64,000 bases of DNA from Octopus sinensis (lineage: Eukaryota): contig NW_021836303.1 of the NCBI RefSeq assembly GCF_006345805.1, forward strand, positions 10,025 through 74,024, read 5' to 3'. Both the position numbers and the translations under genes were made by a program. Of this stretch, positions 12,801 through 26,120 are shown one piece after another. Position 1 is the first letter of the stretch. Each line of letters opens with the position of its first letter. The notes under the pieces are model-generated. The model did not search any database, was not told the DNA's origin, and saw only the letters and a list, made by a program, of their open reading frames with translations.

Positions 12801-13066
12801 AGCCTTGTTTCTTATTTCTTTACTGCCCACAAGGGGCTACGCACAGAAGGGACAAACAAGGACAGACAGACGGATTAAGTCATTGCGAAACTTTGTTTGA
12901 TAGGGAAATTGAAATCTTCTGATTGGGGACGGGCAGTTAGTCGGGGGTCAGCAGAATTTTGGGAATGAAGACGGCTTTTACTGTCGCTCCCAATGATTAT
13001 CTCAGTTTCACTGACCTTTTCCATCATCTGCTGGATTGCGAGTCGAGTTCCGTTGCATAATGTAGG

Positions 13067-13394
13067 AGCACTCCGTCGGTTACGACGATGAGGGTCCCAG
13101 CTGATACGATCAACGGAACAGCTTGCTCGTGGAATTAACGTGCAAGTGGCTGAGCACTCCACAGACACGTGTACCCTTAACGTAGTTCTCGAGGAGGTTC
13201 AGCGTGACACAGACACAGAGTGTGACAAGGCTGGCCCCTTTGAAATACAGGTACAACAAAAAACAGGAAGAAAGAGTGAGAGAAAGTTGTGGTGAAAGGG
13301 TTCACCACCACCTACTGCAGGAGCCTTGTGAAGCTTTAGGTGTTTTCGCTCAATAAACACTCACAATGCCCGGTCTGGGAATCGAAGCCTCCAC
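13067..13394 (-). mobile_element. SINE H1+T1 (head partly deleted) inserted in the Helitron helicase
   Basis: 12-bp TSD gcataatgtagg at 13055-13066 and 13395-13406; removing it rejoins LC-NGTRL. Confidence 0.9.
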
Positions 13395-14398
13395 GCATAA
13401 TGTAGGTGCATTTAGATTATAAAGGAGGATGACAGGGCAGCCGATTTCCAAGTGAAGTGTATAGGAAGGGGGTTCAGGTAGGTCTTGCGAGTTGAGAAAT
13501 TCGATTGGAAACTGTATTATTTGGTCGAGATCGGTAACCCAATCGATAGAGTAGTAACAGCGCGCGTCACAGGGAGGTTGTCGAAGGAGGTCTGTGTTTA
13601 TTGAGTTGACAGCTAAATTCGCCGGTGCGAGTACAGTGCGATCTCGAAGCCAGTCTGTGTTCGAGTAGTTGATTGAAAGGTCGGTGTAGACGTAAGACCA
13701 CAATTCTTCCGGACTGGATGCAGTGTGTCAAACACTTGATATATCGATGTTCATCTGTGGAATCGCAAGTTGATCGTTAGTTTTAACGCTGTTACGAAAC
13801 GCCACAGGTACAATTTCTTTAAGCACGCGTTAAGTTCGTGTCTGCAGGGATTCCATTAGGTACGATGGAACCCCTGCAGATTATATTTCTGTTGTCATTG
13901 TTGCTGTTGTTTATTTAAGGACTATGATTGATGAGTGATACTGGTTTATTAAAAGCAAAGCAGAAATATCAAAGGAAATCTTCAGCAAGGAGTAGAATTG
14001 CACCTCCAATGTTGATGTTCTATGATCGTAAGTCTCGCATCGTGCTATCCACTGCTTCAAGAGCTGTTTTATGCAACGTTGTGGCCTCATCCCAAACAAT
14101 CAGCTTGCAGGTTTTCAAAACAGTAGTCTCGTCTGAACTGTGCATGATGTTGCATGTCAGGTTTTCTTGGTGGTTGAATTGTAGTGGCAATTTAAAAGTG
14201 GTATGGGCTGTTCGGCCACCATCGAGAAGTGTTGATGCTATCCCAGATGATGCTACTGATATTGGAATTTGTGCCACTTGTCTTACATTAGCATGAAGAA
14301 GGTTAAGAAGAAAAGTCTTTCCAGTTCCAGCAGAGGCGTCCAGGAATATGACGCCACCAGCTTTGGTGTTGATAGTATGTATTATAGTATGGTAGACG

Positions 14399-14793
14399 CG
14401 GAGGCGCAATGGCCCAGTGGTTAGGGCAGCGGACTCGCGGTCGGAGGATCGCCGTTTCGATTCCCAGACCGGGCGTTGTGAGTGTTTATTTAGCGAAAAC
14501 ACCTAAAAGTTCCACGAGGCTCCGGCAGGGGATGGTGGTGATCCCTGCTGTACTCTTTCACCACAACTTTCTCTCACTCTTACTTCCTGTTTCTGTTGTA
14601 CCTGTATTTCAAAGGGCCGGCCTTGTCACTCTCTGTGTCACGCTGAATATCCCCGAGAACTACGTTATGGGTACACGTGTCTGAGGAGTGCTCAGCCACT
14701 TACACGTTAATTTCACGAGCAGGCTGTTCCGTTGATTCGGATCAACCGGAACCCTCGTCGTCGTACCCGACGGAGTGCAAAAGAAAAGAAAAG
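14399..14793 (+). mobile_element. Full-length SINE H1+T1 inserted in the Helitron
   Basis: 13-bp TSD agtatggtagacg at 14386-14398 and 14794-14806; tRNA-like head; tail ...cgtcgtcgtacccgacggagtgc(aaaag)n. Confidence 0.92.
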
Positions 14794-15400
14794 AGTATGG
14801 TAGACGGATGCTTGGTCGGGGTTCAGAAGGGGTTCATTGCCTGCATCGTACTTCCGGAGGCGCTGAATTTTGTAGGTAGTTTCTCGGAGCTGAAGACGAT
14901 TTGGATAGCTTTTTGGGGTTCTCTCAGGAGAGGTTAGCGAGCAGATGCCTAGATTTTGACCTCCAATTTCCATCACCAAGTCCTCTAAATAAAGGAGATA
15001 TCGGTTGTGTATGGCTGTGTTTCTTTGGATTTTTTTCGTTTCTGGTAGATTGTCTGGCCTGCAGTAGAACGTCGTTGCAAAATTAGTCTTTGTGCTTATT
15101 GTTTGAAGAGCATTCCTGATCTGTGTAGCATGTTTATGCTGTTTCTTCGAACCATCAGTCTGTAAGCGTAGAAGTCCTTCTGAGAAACCATTCTTACGGG
15201 TATCGAAGGCATTTGAGTAAGAGCTAAGCACCGGGAAATTCAGTGCTGTATCTATAGTTGCCATGGAGAATAAGCAGTGGATATTGAAGGGCATCGTCAG
15301 CTTGATTCAATTCGTTGATTTTTCTCCGACAGGAGTCCTGCCATTCAATCTGGATATTCCTGTTAGATATGGCTTCATCGGGACGGTAGGGCAGAACTAT

Positions 15401-15790
15401 GTGGAGGCGCAATGGCCCAGTGGTTAGGGCAGCGGACTCGCGGTCATAGGATCGCGGCTTCGATTCCCAGACCGGGCGTTGTGAGTGTTTATTGAGCGAA
15501 AACACCTAAAAGCTCCACGAGGCTCCGGCAAGGGATGGTGGTGATCCCTGCTGTACTCTTTCACCACAACTTTCTCTCACTCTCACTCTTACTTCCTGTT
15601 TCTGTTGTACCTGTATTTCAAAGGGCCGGCCTTGTCACTCTCTGTGTCACGCTGAATATCCCCGAGAACTACGTTAAGGGTACACGTGTCTGTGGAGTGC
15701 TCAGCCACTTACACGTTAATTTCACGAGCAGGCTGTTCCGTTGATTCGGATCAACCGGAACCCTCAACGTCATAACCGACGGAGTGCTTC
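15401..15790 (+). mobile_element. Full-length SINE H1+T1 inserted in the Helitron
   Basis: 11-bp TSD agggcagaact at 15388-15398 and 15794-15804. Confidence 0.92.
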
Positions 15791-16058
15791 CAAAGGGCAG
15801 AACTGCAATTTCATCATTTGGGGGCTGGTTAAAGCATCTTGGTGTTCTCAGACAGACGTTCGGTCACTCCTTATGATAACTTTGAAAAGTTGGGCTCATC
15901 TGCATGTCGGCGTTGAATAGCAGTTTCGAAGTCCCTCACGTATTGGTTTGTGTTGTGGAGCATTTCATGAAGTTCATTGAAAAGAAGCATTTTTTGTTCC
16001 GGGTGCCACCTGAGCTCGGCGAGCCGTTTGCTCAGTGGTATCTCCCATGAATTTAAAA

Positions 16059-16289
16059 AGGCGGCGAGCTGGCAGAATCGTTAGCAGGTCGGGCGAAATG
16101 CTTAGCGGCATTTCGTCTGTCTTTACATTCTGAGTTCAAATTCCGCCGCGGTCGACTTAACCTTTCATCCTTTCGGGGTCGATAAATTAAGTACCAGTTA
16201 CGTACTGGTTCGATGTAATCGACTTAATACCTTTGTCTGTCCTTGTTTGTCCCCTCTATGTTTAGCCCCTTGTGGGTAATAAAGAAATA
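16059..16289 (+). mobile_element. Full-length SINE family A inserted in the Helitron
   Basis: 15-bp TSD ggtatctcccatgaa at 16037-16051 and 16290-16304. Confidence 0.92.
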
Positions 16290-17607
16290 GGTATCTCCCA
16301 TGAAGTTAATTTGAACGAATTGGTGGTCAGCATTGTTGACAGGAATAATAGATCCTATCCGATGATAGGTTTGACCCTGAATTTTGAACGTTGGCGTATA
16401 TTAGTCTTCACGAATAGGTTTGTGACAGAAACTTGTCATCTGTAAGGCAGAGTTATAAGCGTGAAATTTCTATATAAAGTGCTGCGAATCAGAGTGTTGA
16501 CCAACGAGTAAAGAGAGAAAAGGCTGAGGAGTGTTTTGCAGGTCAGGCAAGCGACCTTTCCGTTTGAGTAGCATAGGCCACTGGATTCTCCAACCAACTT
16601 GTGGGCCTTGCAAAATGGACATATTACAGATATATCCCCTCTAACAATCTTTCGATGAGTGGCGTAATCCTCAGTAGGATCATAGTTGAGCGCCTCTGAT
16701 GCCCATCGACTATTCGATGACTTCCAATAGCCATTGACAAGAGCCTTCCGGTGAAAATTAGACTGAAGTCTCATCATCCGATGGTTATCGTTATCTGCCA
16801 ACCTCGCAGCAGGAGTGGATGCAGCGTTGCATGCCTGACAGATAGCACTCTCTTCTGGGGCTTCTTCGGCCCTCATAGCAGAAGTGGATGCAGCGTTGCG
16901 TGCCTGACAGATAACACACTTTTGTGGGGTTTCTCTTGCCCTTGCGGCAGCAGCACACACTCGATAGGTTTCACGCTGCTCAGGAGTAGCTGAAGCTCTA
17001 GCAGCGGCAGCTCTTTTCAACAGCCTACAAAACCTCTGGTCCTCAGTTTCCTCAGCCTGCCAGCGCTGCTGCCTTGCCACTGCAGAAGACTTTCTGTCAA
17101 TGCTTGCTCTCTTTTTAGTTGACTTGCTTGTATTATCTGTAAAAGAAAAATACGTTTTAATGTACCAAGTGATTATCGATTTTATTATAAGCTAATATAG
17201 CCTGCGCATAAACTAACATCGAATTCCTCATAAAGTTATATTGGTATGGATCTTTCTGAAAGATACGTATAGCTTTCGGTAGTGGAAGCAAAACTATTTT
17301 TTAAAGGTTGATTCTTTGGGACAAATCATATGTGATTGTTTAACAAAGGCTAGACGACAATGCTAAAAATTATTTGTAATAATGGACAGCAATCGAAATA
17401 TCATAATGGATGGGGAAATAAGCATCCTTAAAGTGAAACAACGGTATCAAAGGTAAAGAGAGGTATCAACGAACAGAAGAGGGAAGGGAACATCACCTTT
17501 CTAGTATATTAGAATAGGTAAAGTTAAGCTTGCCACAGTTTAATGCAGTTTAAATATCGAGATTCAGACTAGTACTCCTAGTCAATTTAATCACCGTCGC
17601 AGGTGGA

Positions 17608-18040
17608 CAGTCGAAATAAATAAATAGACAAAATTCTTTCATTTTTTATAATATTCTCTAACCAAAACACTCAAGCAATACACACCAGTACACATATAAA
17701 ATATCTAGAAAGTAATAATACACAATTACAACTTATAAATAAATAATAAATTAAAAGAATGTGAAAACAACTAAATATATATTCTGTATTGCAAATATAC
17801 GACCATATAGATTTTAAAAGTATGGAGAACAGTCGAAATAAATAAATAGATAAAATTCTTTCACTTTTATAATATTCTCTAACCAAAACACTCAAAGAAT
17901 AAACATCAATACACATATAAAAAATATAAAAAAGTAATAATACACAATTACAACATATAAATAAATAAAGAATTTAAAGTATGTGAAAACCCCTAAAAAT
18001 ATTCTTTAATGCCAATATACAACCATGTAGAGTAAAAAAC
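17608..18040. repeat. Two-copy ~222-bp AT-rich tandem repeat in the Helitron 5' region
   Basis: cagtcgaaataaataaataga.aaaattctttca at about 17608 and 17830. Confidence 0.85.
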
Positions 18041-18287
18041 TGTAGAAGGCCCTACTTACAAAGAAAAACCATGTACATACAACGAATTAGAGAAAAACTC
18101 CATTTTTCCAGGTTTGTCAATTTACGCGGGAGCTCTGGTCAAAATGTTAAAATGTATGACCATCCTTAGGACATAAGTGACGGGTGTAAAGTTTGGTGAA
18201 AATCAGTTGAGAATTGTTGAAATGTCAGCGTTAATCAATGTACACGCACACACATACTGTGATTTATATGTACTAAGTGACACAAAA

Positions 18288-19365
18288 GCGATGAGCTGCC
18301 GGAATCGTTAGCACGCTGAGGGAAATGCTTAGCAGAATTTCGTCTGTCGCTTCGTTCTGAGTTCAAATTCCGCCGAGGTTGACTTTGTCTTTCATCCTTC
18401 AGAGGTCGATAAAATAAGTGCCAGTTGAACACTAGGGTCGATGTAATCGACTCATCCCCTCCCCTAAAGTTGCTACCCTTGTGGAAAAATTTGAAACCAT
18501 TATTATTATTATTATTATTAATATTATTATTATTATTATTATTATTGTAGGTGGCGACATGATAGAATTGTTACTGCGCCAGACAAAATGCTTAGAGGCA
18601 TTTCAACTGCGTCCATCCATCATCCTTCCGCGGTCGGAAGGGGCTAAACACAGAGAGGACAAACAAGGACAAACAAACGGATTAAGTCGATTAGATCGAC
18701 CCCAGTGCGTAACTGGTACTTAATTTATCGACCCCGAGAGGATGAAAGGCAAAGTCGACCTCGACAGAATTTGGACTCAGAACGTAACGGCAGACGAAAT
18801 ACGGCTGCGCATTTCGCCCGGCGTGCTAACGATTCTGCCAGCTCGCCGCCTTTCGATAAAATAAGTACCAGTTGAGTACTGGGGTCGATGTGGTCGACTC
18901 TTTCCATCCTCCTAATTTCAGGTATTTTGCTTATAGTAGAAAGGTCTATTATTGTATGCGGTGACCAGGTAGAATCGTTACCAAGCCAGACCAAATTCTT
19001 AGAGGCATTTCGACCGTCTCCACGTCCTAAGTTCACATGCCGCCGATGTCAACTTTACGTTTCATTGATTCGGTGTCGATGCAATAATATATACCCCTCA
19101 AGTACTCAGTACTACGCAAAATTTCGTAGTATTGTGCGAGCTGGCAGAAACGTTAGCACGCCGGGCGAAATGCGTAGCCGTACTTCGTCTGCCGCTACGT
19201 TCTGAGTTCAAATTCCGCCGAGGTTGACTTTGCCTTTCATCCTTTCGGGGTCGATAAATTAAGTACCAGTTATGAACTGGGGTCGATGTAATCGACTTAA
19301 TCCGTTTGTCTGTCCTTGTTTGTCCCCTCTGTGTTTAGCCCCTTGTGGGTAGTAAAGAAATAAAT
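18288..19365. mobile_element. Cluster of family A SINEs on both strands (about 18288-18500 +, 18635-18850 -, 19138-19365 +)
   Basis: Shared core; the 19138 copy has a 17-bp TSD atttcgtagtattgtgc (19121-19137 / 19366-19382). Confidence 0.85.
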
Positions 19366-19683
19366 ATTTCGTAGTATTGTGCCCGCAGTCTGAGCGACAA
19401 GAATGAGACAAGAACACTTGCCCTAGCGGTCAGAGTTACCGGGGAGTATGTTGGATTTCTAAGAGCAGCCCTCGGAAGTCTCCCTAAATTTGGAGAGTGT
19501 TTATTGTTTCAATTTTTCTGATTTTAATTTTTGATATATTTTTTCCTGCATACATACCTTCTTGTCACCGTGCGTCTTATATAGTATTGTGCGGTCCTGC
19601 GCCGTTCTTCATCCGTTTCTAATCCCGTGGAGTTGTTGTTGTCGCTGCTGCTGTTCTTCTTATTATTATTACTATCATTAAGG

Positions 19684-20074
19684 TGGAGTCGCAATGGCCC
19701 AGTGGTTAGGGCAGCGAACTCGCGGTCATAGGATCGCGGTTTCGATTCCCAGACCGGGCGTTGTGAGTGTTTATTGAGCGAAAACACCTAAGAAAGCTCC
19801 ACGAGACTCTGGCAGGAGATGGTGGTGATCCCTGCTGTACTCTTTCACCACAACTTTCTCTCACTCTTACTTCCTGTTTCTGTTGTACCTGTATTTCAAA
19901 GGGCCGGCCTTGTCACTCACTGTGTCACGCTGAATATCCCCGAGAACTACGTTAAGGGTGCACCTGTCTGTGGAGTGCTCAGCCACTTACACGTTAATTT
20001 CACGAGCAGGCTGTTCCGTTGATTCGGATCAACCGGAACCCTCATCGTCGCAACCGACGGAGTGCTTCCTTTCC
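19684..20074 (+). mobile_element. SINE H1+T1 inserted at the 5' edge of a family A SINE (20085-20300)
   Basis: 13-bp TSD actatcattaagg at 19671-19683 and 20075-20087. Confidence 0.9.
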
Positions 20075-20641
20075 ACTATCATTAAGGCGGCGAACTGGCA
20101 GAATCATTAACACACCGGGCAAAATACTAAGCGGCATTTCTTCCTACTTGTCGTTCTGAGTTCAAATTCCGCCGACGTCGAGTTTGCCTTTCATCCTTTT
20201 TGAGTTGATAAAATAAATACCAGTCAAACACTGGGGTCAATGTAATCGACTAGCCTCGTCCCCCAAAATTTCACGCCCTGTGCCTATCGTAGAAAGGATC
20301 ATTATTATTATTATTGAGTGAGAGAGCAGTGCATGCCATCAAAGTGACACTGGGATAAAATATACAATGCCCAGTATGCCCATCATGACTACCCTTCTGA
20401 TAAGGGTACACCAGGCACATGCATCACAACCATATGTGCGCGACATGACGGTCTCATATCAAGATAAACAGCACATGACCTTGCAGTTGGGGCACCGTTA
20501 GAATTATCGTCGACCTCCATTTTGCATTACATCGTGTCGCGGTCGATAAAATAAGTACCAGTGAAGTACTTAATCGACTAACATCTCCCCGTCCACCTAA
20601 ATATCAGGCCTTGTTCTAATAGAAATAAAAGACGCCATGAT

Positions 20642-20820
20642 AGATCGTTAGCCACTACACACATTTTTTCTCTCCTTGTTGTCTGTGTCCCTTTCTGTAG
20701 AAGAGCGTAGGCTCGAAACGTAAAAGACTTTTTCTATTCCTGAGCGTTATACTAATACATCTGTTTGTTTTGTACACCACCTGTCTTCATCTTTTTTTTT
20801 TTTTTCGTAAACTCTCCCTA
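20642..20820 (+). mobile_element. Short repeat family E carrying a hammerhead-like motif (20691-20726)
   Basis: Near-identical to 46783-46950; motif CTTT CTGTAGA A GAGC gtag GCTC GAAAC GTA AAAG. Confidence 0.7.
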
Positions 20821-21397
20821 TAAAAATTATTATTGTGTCTCTTTTCATCAACCTTGAAAGGGTGAAAGACAAAGTCGGCTTCGGTGGAATCTGAATTCAA
20901 TCCGTCTACACTTTCCGAGTTCAAATTCCGCCGAGGTCGACTTTGCCCTTCATTCATTGAGGGTCGATAAAATAAGTACCAGTTGAGGACTAGGGTTGAT
21001 GTAATCAATTCTACCCCTGCCCCAAATTTCAGGCCTCGTTCTTTCAGTAGAAAGGATTATTGCGTCTCTTTAATGGTTATGTATTATTATACTTCGTTTC
21101 ACCCTTTTTACTTCGAGTCAATGCCCTCTCTCTTCACTCACCATTGTTTATGAATTTCGTCCACCTTATATTATTTCTAACGTATTCCTTCCCGCTGGCG
21201 AATACACCAAATCATTATTATTGTTAACATTTAATAATATTTACCATAACTATTCGATCAATTGAATGCGTTGTCTTATATGAAAAACAATTCCATGATC
21301 GGAATAATGAGTCGAAGAAGCATTCAGCGGTCAAAGACCCCAGAGAAATGACGAAGCGGTGTCAGCTTGACTGTTGATGATGAGGTTGGCGCAATGG

Positions 21398-21686
21398 TGT
21401 GACGTGGGGCTTCACGTGATGGGAAAGAGTGCAGGTGTGAATAAGAACTTGGTTTCCAATTGAAATTTATTCACATCTTGTCCAATCAGATTCAATCCAG
21501 TGTATAAATAAAAAAAAAAAGAGAAAGAAAAAGTGAGATAGTGCGTGCCCATTGCATGTTTTATATACGCTACTTTTCTTTATCTTTTTCTTCATACATT
21601 ATAGCAAATGAAACTACGACTTATTATCCAATCGCATCGCACCTAACCTAGAAATCGACCAATGGCCTGCAAGATTCGGGTATAAA
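21398..21686 (+). promoter_or_regulatory. Candidate promoter/enhancer motif cluster
   Basis: GTGACGTG 21398, TCACGTGA 21412, CCAAT 21482 followed by TATAAATA 21503, CCAAT 21628 and 21659 followed by TATAAA 21681, all in unique sequence. Confidence 0.25.
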
Positions 21687-21693
21687 TTTGCAT

Positions 21694-21761
<68 letters not shown>

Positions 21762-22010
21762 GTATGTATATATATATATATATGTGTATATGTATGTATG
21801 TACATATGTATGTATATATATGTGTGTGCGTAAATATATGTATGTATACACATACATATCGTGACTATGTGTGTACCCTTGTGAGTCTGCAAGGGCGCAT
21901 GTGTAAGAGAACGTGTTTATATACCTGTATGTATATGAAACCAGGTAAACAAAATCAAAATGTGCTTAACAAAAACCCACTCACAAACATACATAACAAA
22001 TGCTTGTATA

Positions 22011-22051
<41 letters not shown>

Positions 22052-22289
22052 AAAATTATATGTATAGATGTACGTATAGGCGCGCGCGTGTATTTGGATG
22101 TTTGGGTGTTTGGGTGTTGGTGTGGTGGGAGTGTGTGTGTGTGTGTGTATTTCTTCATTACAGGAATGTAATAGGGAAGGTTTCGTAATTAATCATTGTT
22201 TACAGTAAATCCCAATTTAAAAATAACAACAACAACAACAACAACACCAGTAGTAGGAGTTGGAGCTTAGCTGAAGTGCAAGCACGACA

Positions 22290-22311
22290 CAAACATGAAC
22301 ATTAATCACAG

Positions 22312-22342
<31 letters not shown>

Positions 22343-23373
22343 AGCAGCAGCAGCAACAACAACAACAACAACAACAACACTAATCCTTTATACTAAAAGT
22401 GCGAGGCCTGAAATTTTGGGGAGAGTGGGTAAGCCGATTATATCGAACTCCAGTACGCAACTGGTACTGAATTTTAACGACCACCGTAAAGATAAAAGGC
22501 CAAAGTCGACCTTGGTGGAATTTGAACTCAGAACGTAAGGACGGGCGAAATGCTGCTAAGCATTTAAAATTGGTGGGGAGTAGGGTTCTAGTCGATTACC
22601 TTGACGACCTCAGGGTTTCACTGGTACTTAATTTATCGACCCGACCCCGAAAGGATGAAAGCAAAATCGACCTCGGTAGAATTTGAACTCAGAACGTAAA
22701 GACGGACGGAATTCTGCTAAGCATTGAAAGTGGTGGGGAGTGGGGTCTTGTTGATTACATCGACCTCAGGGTTTCACTGGTAATTAAATAATTTATCGAC
22801 CACGAAAGGATGAAAGACAAAGTCGACCACGGCAGCATTTGAACTCAGAACTTAGCGACGGGTTTAAATTACCTATTTGCTTATTACCCACAAGGGGCTA
22901 AACACAGAGGGGACAAACAAGGACAGACATAGGTATTAAGTCGATTACATCGACCCCAGTGCCTAACTGGTACTTAATTTATCGACCCCGAAAGGATGAA
23001 AGGCAAAGTCGACCTCGGCGGAATTTGAACTCACAACGTAACGCAGACGAAATACCGCTAAGCATTTCGTCCAGCGTGCTAACGATTCTGCCACCTCACC
23101 AGCTTAGTAACAACAACAACAACAACAACAACAACAATAATGGTAAAGCATGCTTTCTAAATAAAGTACAAGATGGTTATAGCAACAATAACAACTACAA
23201 CAATAATAATCATAAACACAACAACAACAACAATATAACAATAATAGCTAAGAGTAATGACTCTCAACGTTGGGTAAATTTTAAGGCCTAGATAAAATTT
23301 TAAGAAGCTATCTCGATAACAGAAATAGCAAGAATAACTGAAGCCGCTGCTGCTGCAGCTGCCATTACTACTG

Positions 23374-23417
<44 letters not shown>

Positions 23418-24626
23418 GGAGCATCAAGATTTGACAATAATGTGAAGAAGGTGAAAAGCAATGTGAGAAAGAAACAATTGAGATAGGTTTGCCACCACCG
23501 CTCCCCCCCCCCGAAAAAAGGGCCCCCACACACAAAAAAATTTAAGTAATTGAGTGGCGATATCAGGAACAACAACACAACAACAACAACAACAACAATA
23601 GCAGCAGCAGCAACAACAACAACAACAACAACAACACTAATCCTTTATACTAAAAGTGCGAGGCCTGAAATTTTGGGGAGAGTGGGTAAGCCGATTATAT
23701 CGAACTCCAGTACGCAACTGGTACTGAATTTTAACGACCACCGTAAAGATAAAAGGCCAAAGTCGACCTTGGTGGAATTTGAACTCAGAACGTAAGGACG
23801 GGCGAAATGCTGCTAAGCATTTAAAATTGGTGGGGAGTAGGGTTCTAGTCGATTACCTTGACGACCTCAGGGTTTCACTGGTACTTAATTTATCGACCCC
23901 GAAAGGATGAAAAGCAAAATCGACCTCGGTAGAATTTGAACTCAGAACGTAAAGACGGACGGAATTCTGCTAAGCATTGAAAGTGGTGGGGAGTGGGGTC
24001 TTGTTGATTACATCGACCTCAGGGTTTCACTGGTAATTAAATAATTTATCGACCACGAAAGGATGAAAGACAAAGTCGACCACGGCAGCATTTGAACTCA
24101 GAACTTAGCGACGGGTTTAAATTACCTATTTGCTTATTACCCACAAGGGGCTAAACACAGAGGGGACAAACAAGGACAGACATAGGTATTAAGTCGATTA
24201 CATCGACCCCAGTGCCTAACTGGTACTTAATTTATCGACCCCGAAAGGATGAAAGGCAAAGTCGACCTCGGCGGAATTTGAACTCACAACGTAACGCAGA
24301 CGAAATACCGCTAAGCATTTCGTCCAGCGTGCTAACGATTCTGCCACCTCACCAGCTTAGTAACAACAACAACAACAACAACAACAACAATAATGGTAAA
24401 GCATGCTTTCTAAATAAAGTACAAGATGGTTATAGCAACAATAACAACTACAACAATAATAATCATAAACACAACAACAACAACAATATAACAATAATAG
24501 CTAAGAGTAATGACTCTCAACGTTGGGTAAATTTTAAGGCCTAGATAAAATTTTAAGAAGCTATCTCGATAACAGAAATAGCAAGAATAACTGAAGCCGC
24601 TGCTGCTGCAGCTGCCATTACTACTG

Positions 24627-24670
<44 letters not shown>

Positions 24671-24850
24671 GGAGCATCAAGATTTGACAATAATGTGAAG
24701 AAGGTGAAAAGCAATGTGAGAAAGAAACAATTGAGATAGGTTTGCCACCACCGCTCCCCCCCCCCGAAAAAAGGGCCCCCACACACAAAAAAATTTAAGT
24801 AATTGAGTGGCGATATCAGGAACAACAACAACAACAACAACAACAGCAAC
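22290..24850. repeat. Near-identical ~1.25-kb tandem duplication, each unit holding four minus-strand family A SINE pieces and (CAA)n/(CTA)n tracts
   Basis: Identical ORFs at 22959 and 24212 (offset 1253); actaatcctttatactaaaagtgcgagg at about 22379 and 23636. Confidence 0.92.
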
Positions 24851-25233
24851 AACATCAAGATCATCACTACTGACGATAACGAAAGGGAGGAAAGTAAAAA
24901 AAAAATAACACTACAAACAAACAAAAAAAAAAGAATGTTTTGATAACCAATGAGCAGCAAACAAAAACAGCAACAAACAAAATCTCTTGTGGCGATAATG
25001 ACAACAACAACAGCAGCAGCTGCGAGAAGAACAACAATGACCCCGTTGTTGCTGCCACCGTCGTAGTGGCCACCAGCACCGAAACCCGCGACCCACGAAA
25101 ACAACGACATTGACAATAAGTTCAATAGAATCAGGCAACGGCAACGACCTCATCGTTATCTATGACGTCACTCATTAAGATTTCCCTTGAATTGTCGCTG
25201 GTTAAATTGTGGTAAATTTGTAGGGATTTGATT

Positions 25234-25650
25234 ACTCTTTACTCTTTACTCTTTTACTTGTTTCAGTCATTTGACTGCGGCAATGATGGAGCACCGCCTT
25301 TAGTCGAGCAAATCGACCCCGGGACTTATTCTTTGTAAGCCCAGTACTTATTCTATCGGTCTCTCTTGCCGAACCGCTAAGTGACGGGGACGTAAACACA
25401 CCAGCATCGGTTGTCAAGCAATGCTAGGGGGACAAACACAGACACGCAAACACACACACTTATATATATATATATATACATATACACGACAGGCTTCTTT
25501 CAGTTTCCGTCTACCAAATCCACTCTCAAGGCATTGGTCGGCCCGGGGCTATAGCAGAAGACACTTTCCCAAGATACCATGCAGTGGGACTGAACCCGGA
25601 ATCATGTGGTTGGTTAGCAAGCTACTTACCACACAGCCACTCCTGCGCCT
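25234..25650 (-). mobile_element. Full-length SINE family D (tRNA-like head, CORE-like segment, internal TA/CA microsatellite)
   Basis: Reverse complement of 51541-51940; (actcttt)n tail. Confidence 0.88.
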
Positions 25651-25829
25651 ATGATTGCTGGTATTCATTTATTAGCAGTCTTACGGAATGATTAAAAACA
25701 GCAAGAAAAAAAAAAGCAAGGCGACTTCTGGCTGTATTTGAACTTGGGACATAACAGATGGCTAGTAAACACGGCACAGAGTATTGATTCACGTTTTACT
25801 ATTAATAACGATAAAAGTCTCTCTTTTCT

Positions 25830-26120
25830 AGCCTAACCAGGCTCATGGGCCCGGTTTCCCGGTTTCTGTGGGGTATATGTTCCACCAGCTGGACAGAACG
25901 CCAATCCATCGCAGCGTTACTCAAGAGACAGGAAGGGAGAGTGAGAGAAAGTTGTGGCGAAAGAGTACAACAAGGGCCACCGCCACTCCCTACCAAAGCC
26001 TCATGAAGCTTTTAGGTGTTTTCGCTCAATAAACACACAGAATGCCCGGTCTGGGCATTGAAACCGCGATCCTCCGACCGCGAGTCTGCTGCTCTAACCA
26101 CTGGGCCATTGCGCCTCCAC
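25830..26120 (-). mobile_element. SINE, head H1 with tail T2
   Basis: H1 head ending ...gcgcctccac (26120); tail ggaaaccgggaaaccgggcccatgagcctgg. Confidence 0.8.

Larger units (their letters stand above)
12878..18280 (-). mobile_element. Decayed Helitron (Rep/PIF1-like helicase) with internal deletion and nested SINEs
   Basis: Minus-strand peptides in Helitron order: ALNYDP..CPFCKAHK..GLCYSNGKV (16436-17080), QMTSF..PTFKIQGQTYHRIGS, ALQYPLL, LDASAGTGKTFL..VASSGIASTLLDGGRTAHTTFKLP..IVWDEA (14020-14390), VLAPAN..EFLNS..LHLEIGCPVILLYNLN..LC-NGTRL..SFAMT; DINE/Helitron-like 5' end (ctgattttcaccaaacttt) near 18200-18280. The 5' boundary is approximate. Confidence 0.85.

Noticed and set aside
14399-14470. 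tRNA-like sequences at SINE heads (also 37931, 51541, 55596)
   Set aside because: They have A/B boxes but no complete acceptor stem and continue into SINE bodies, so they are not tRNA genes
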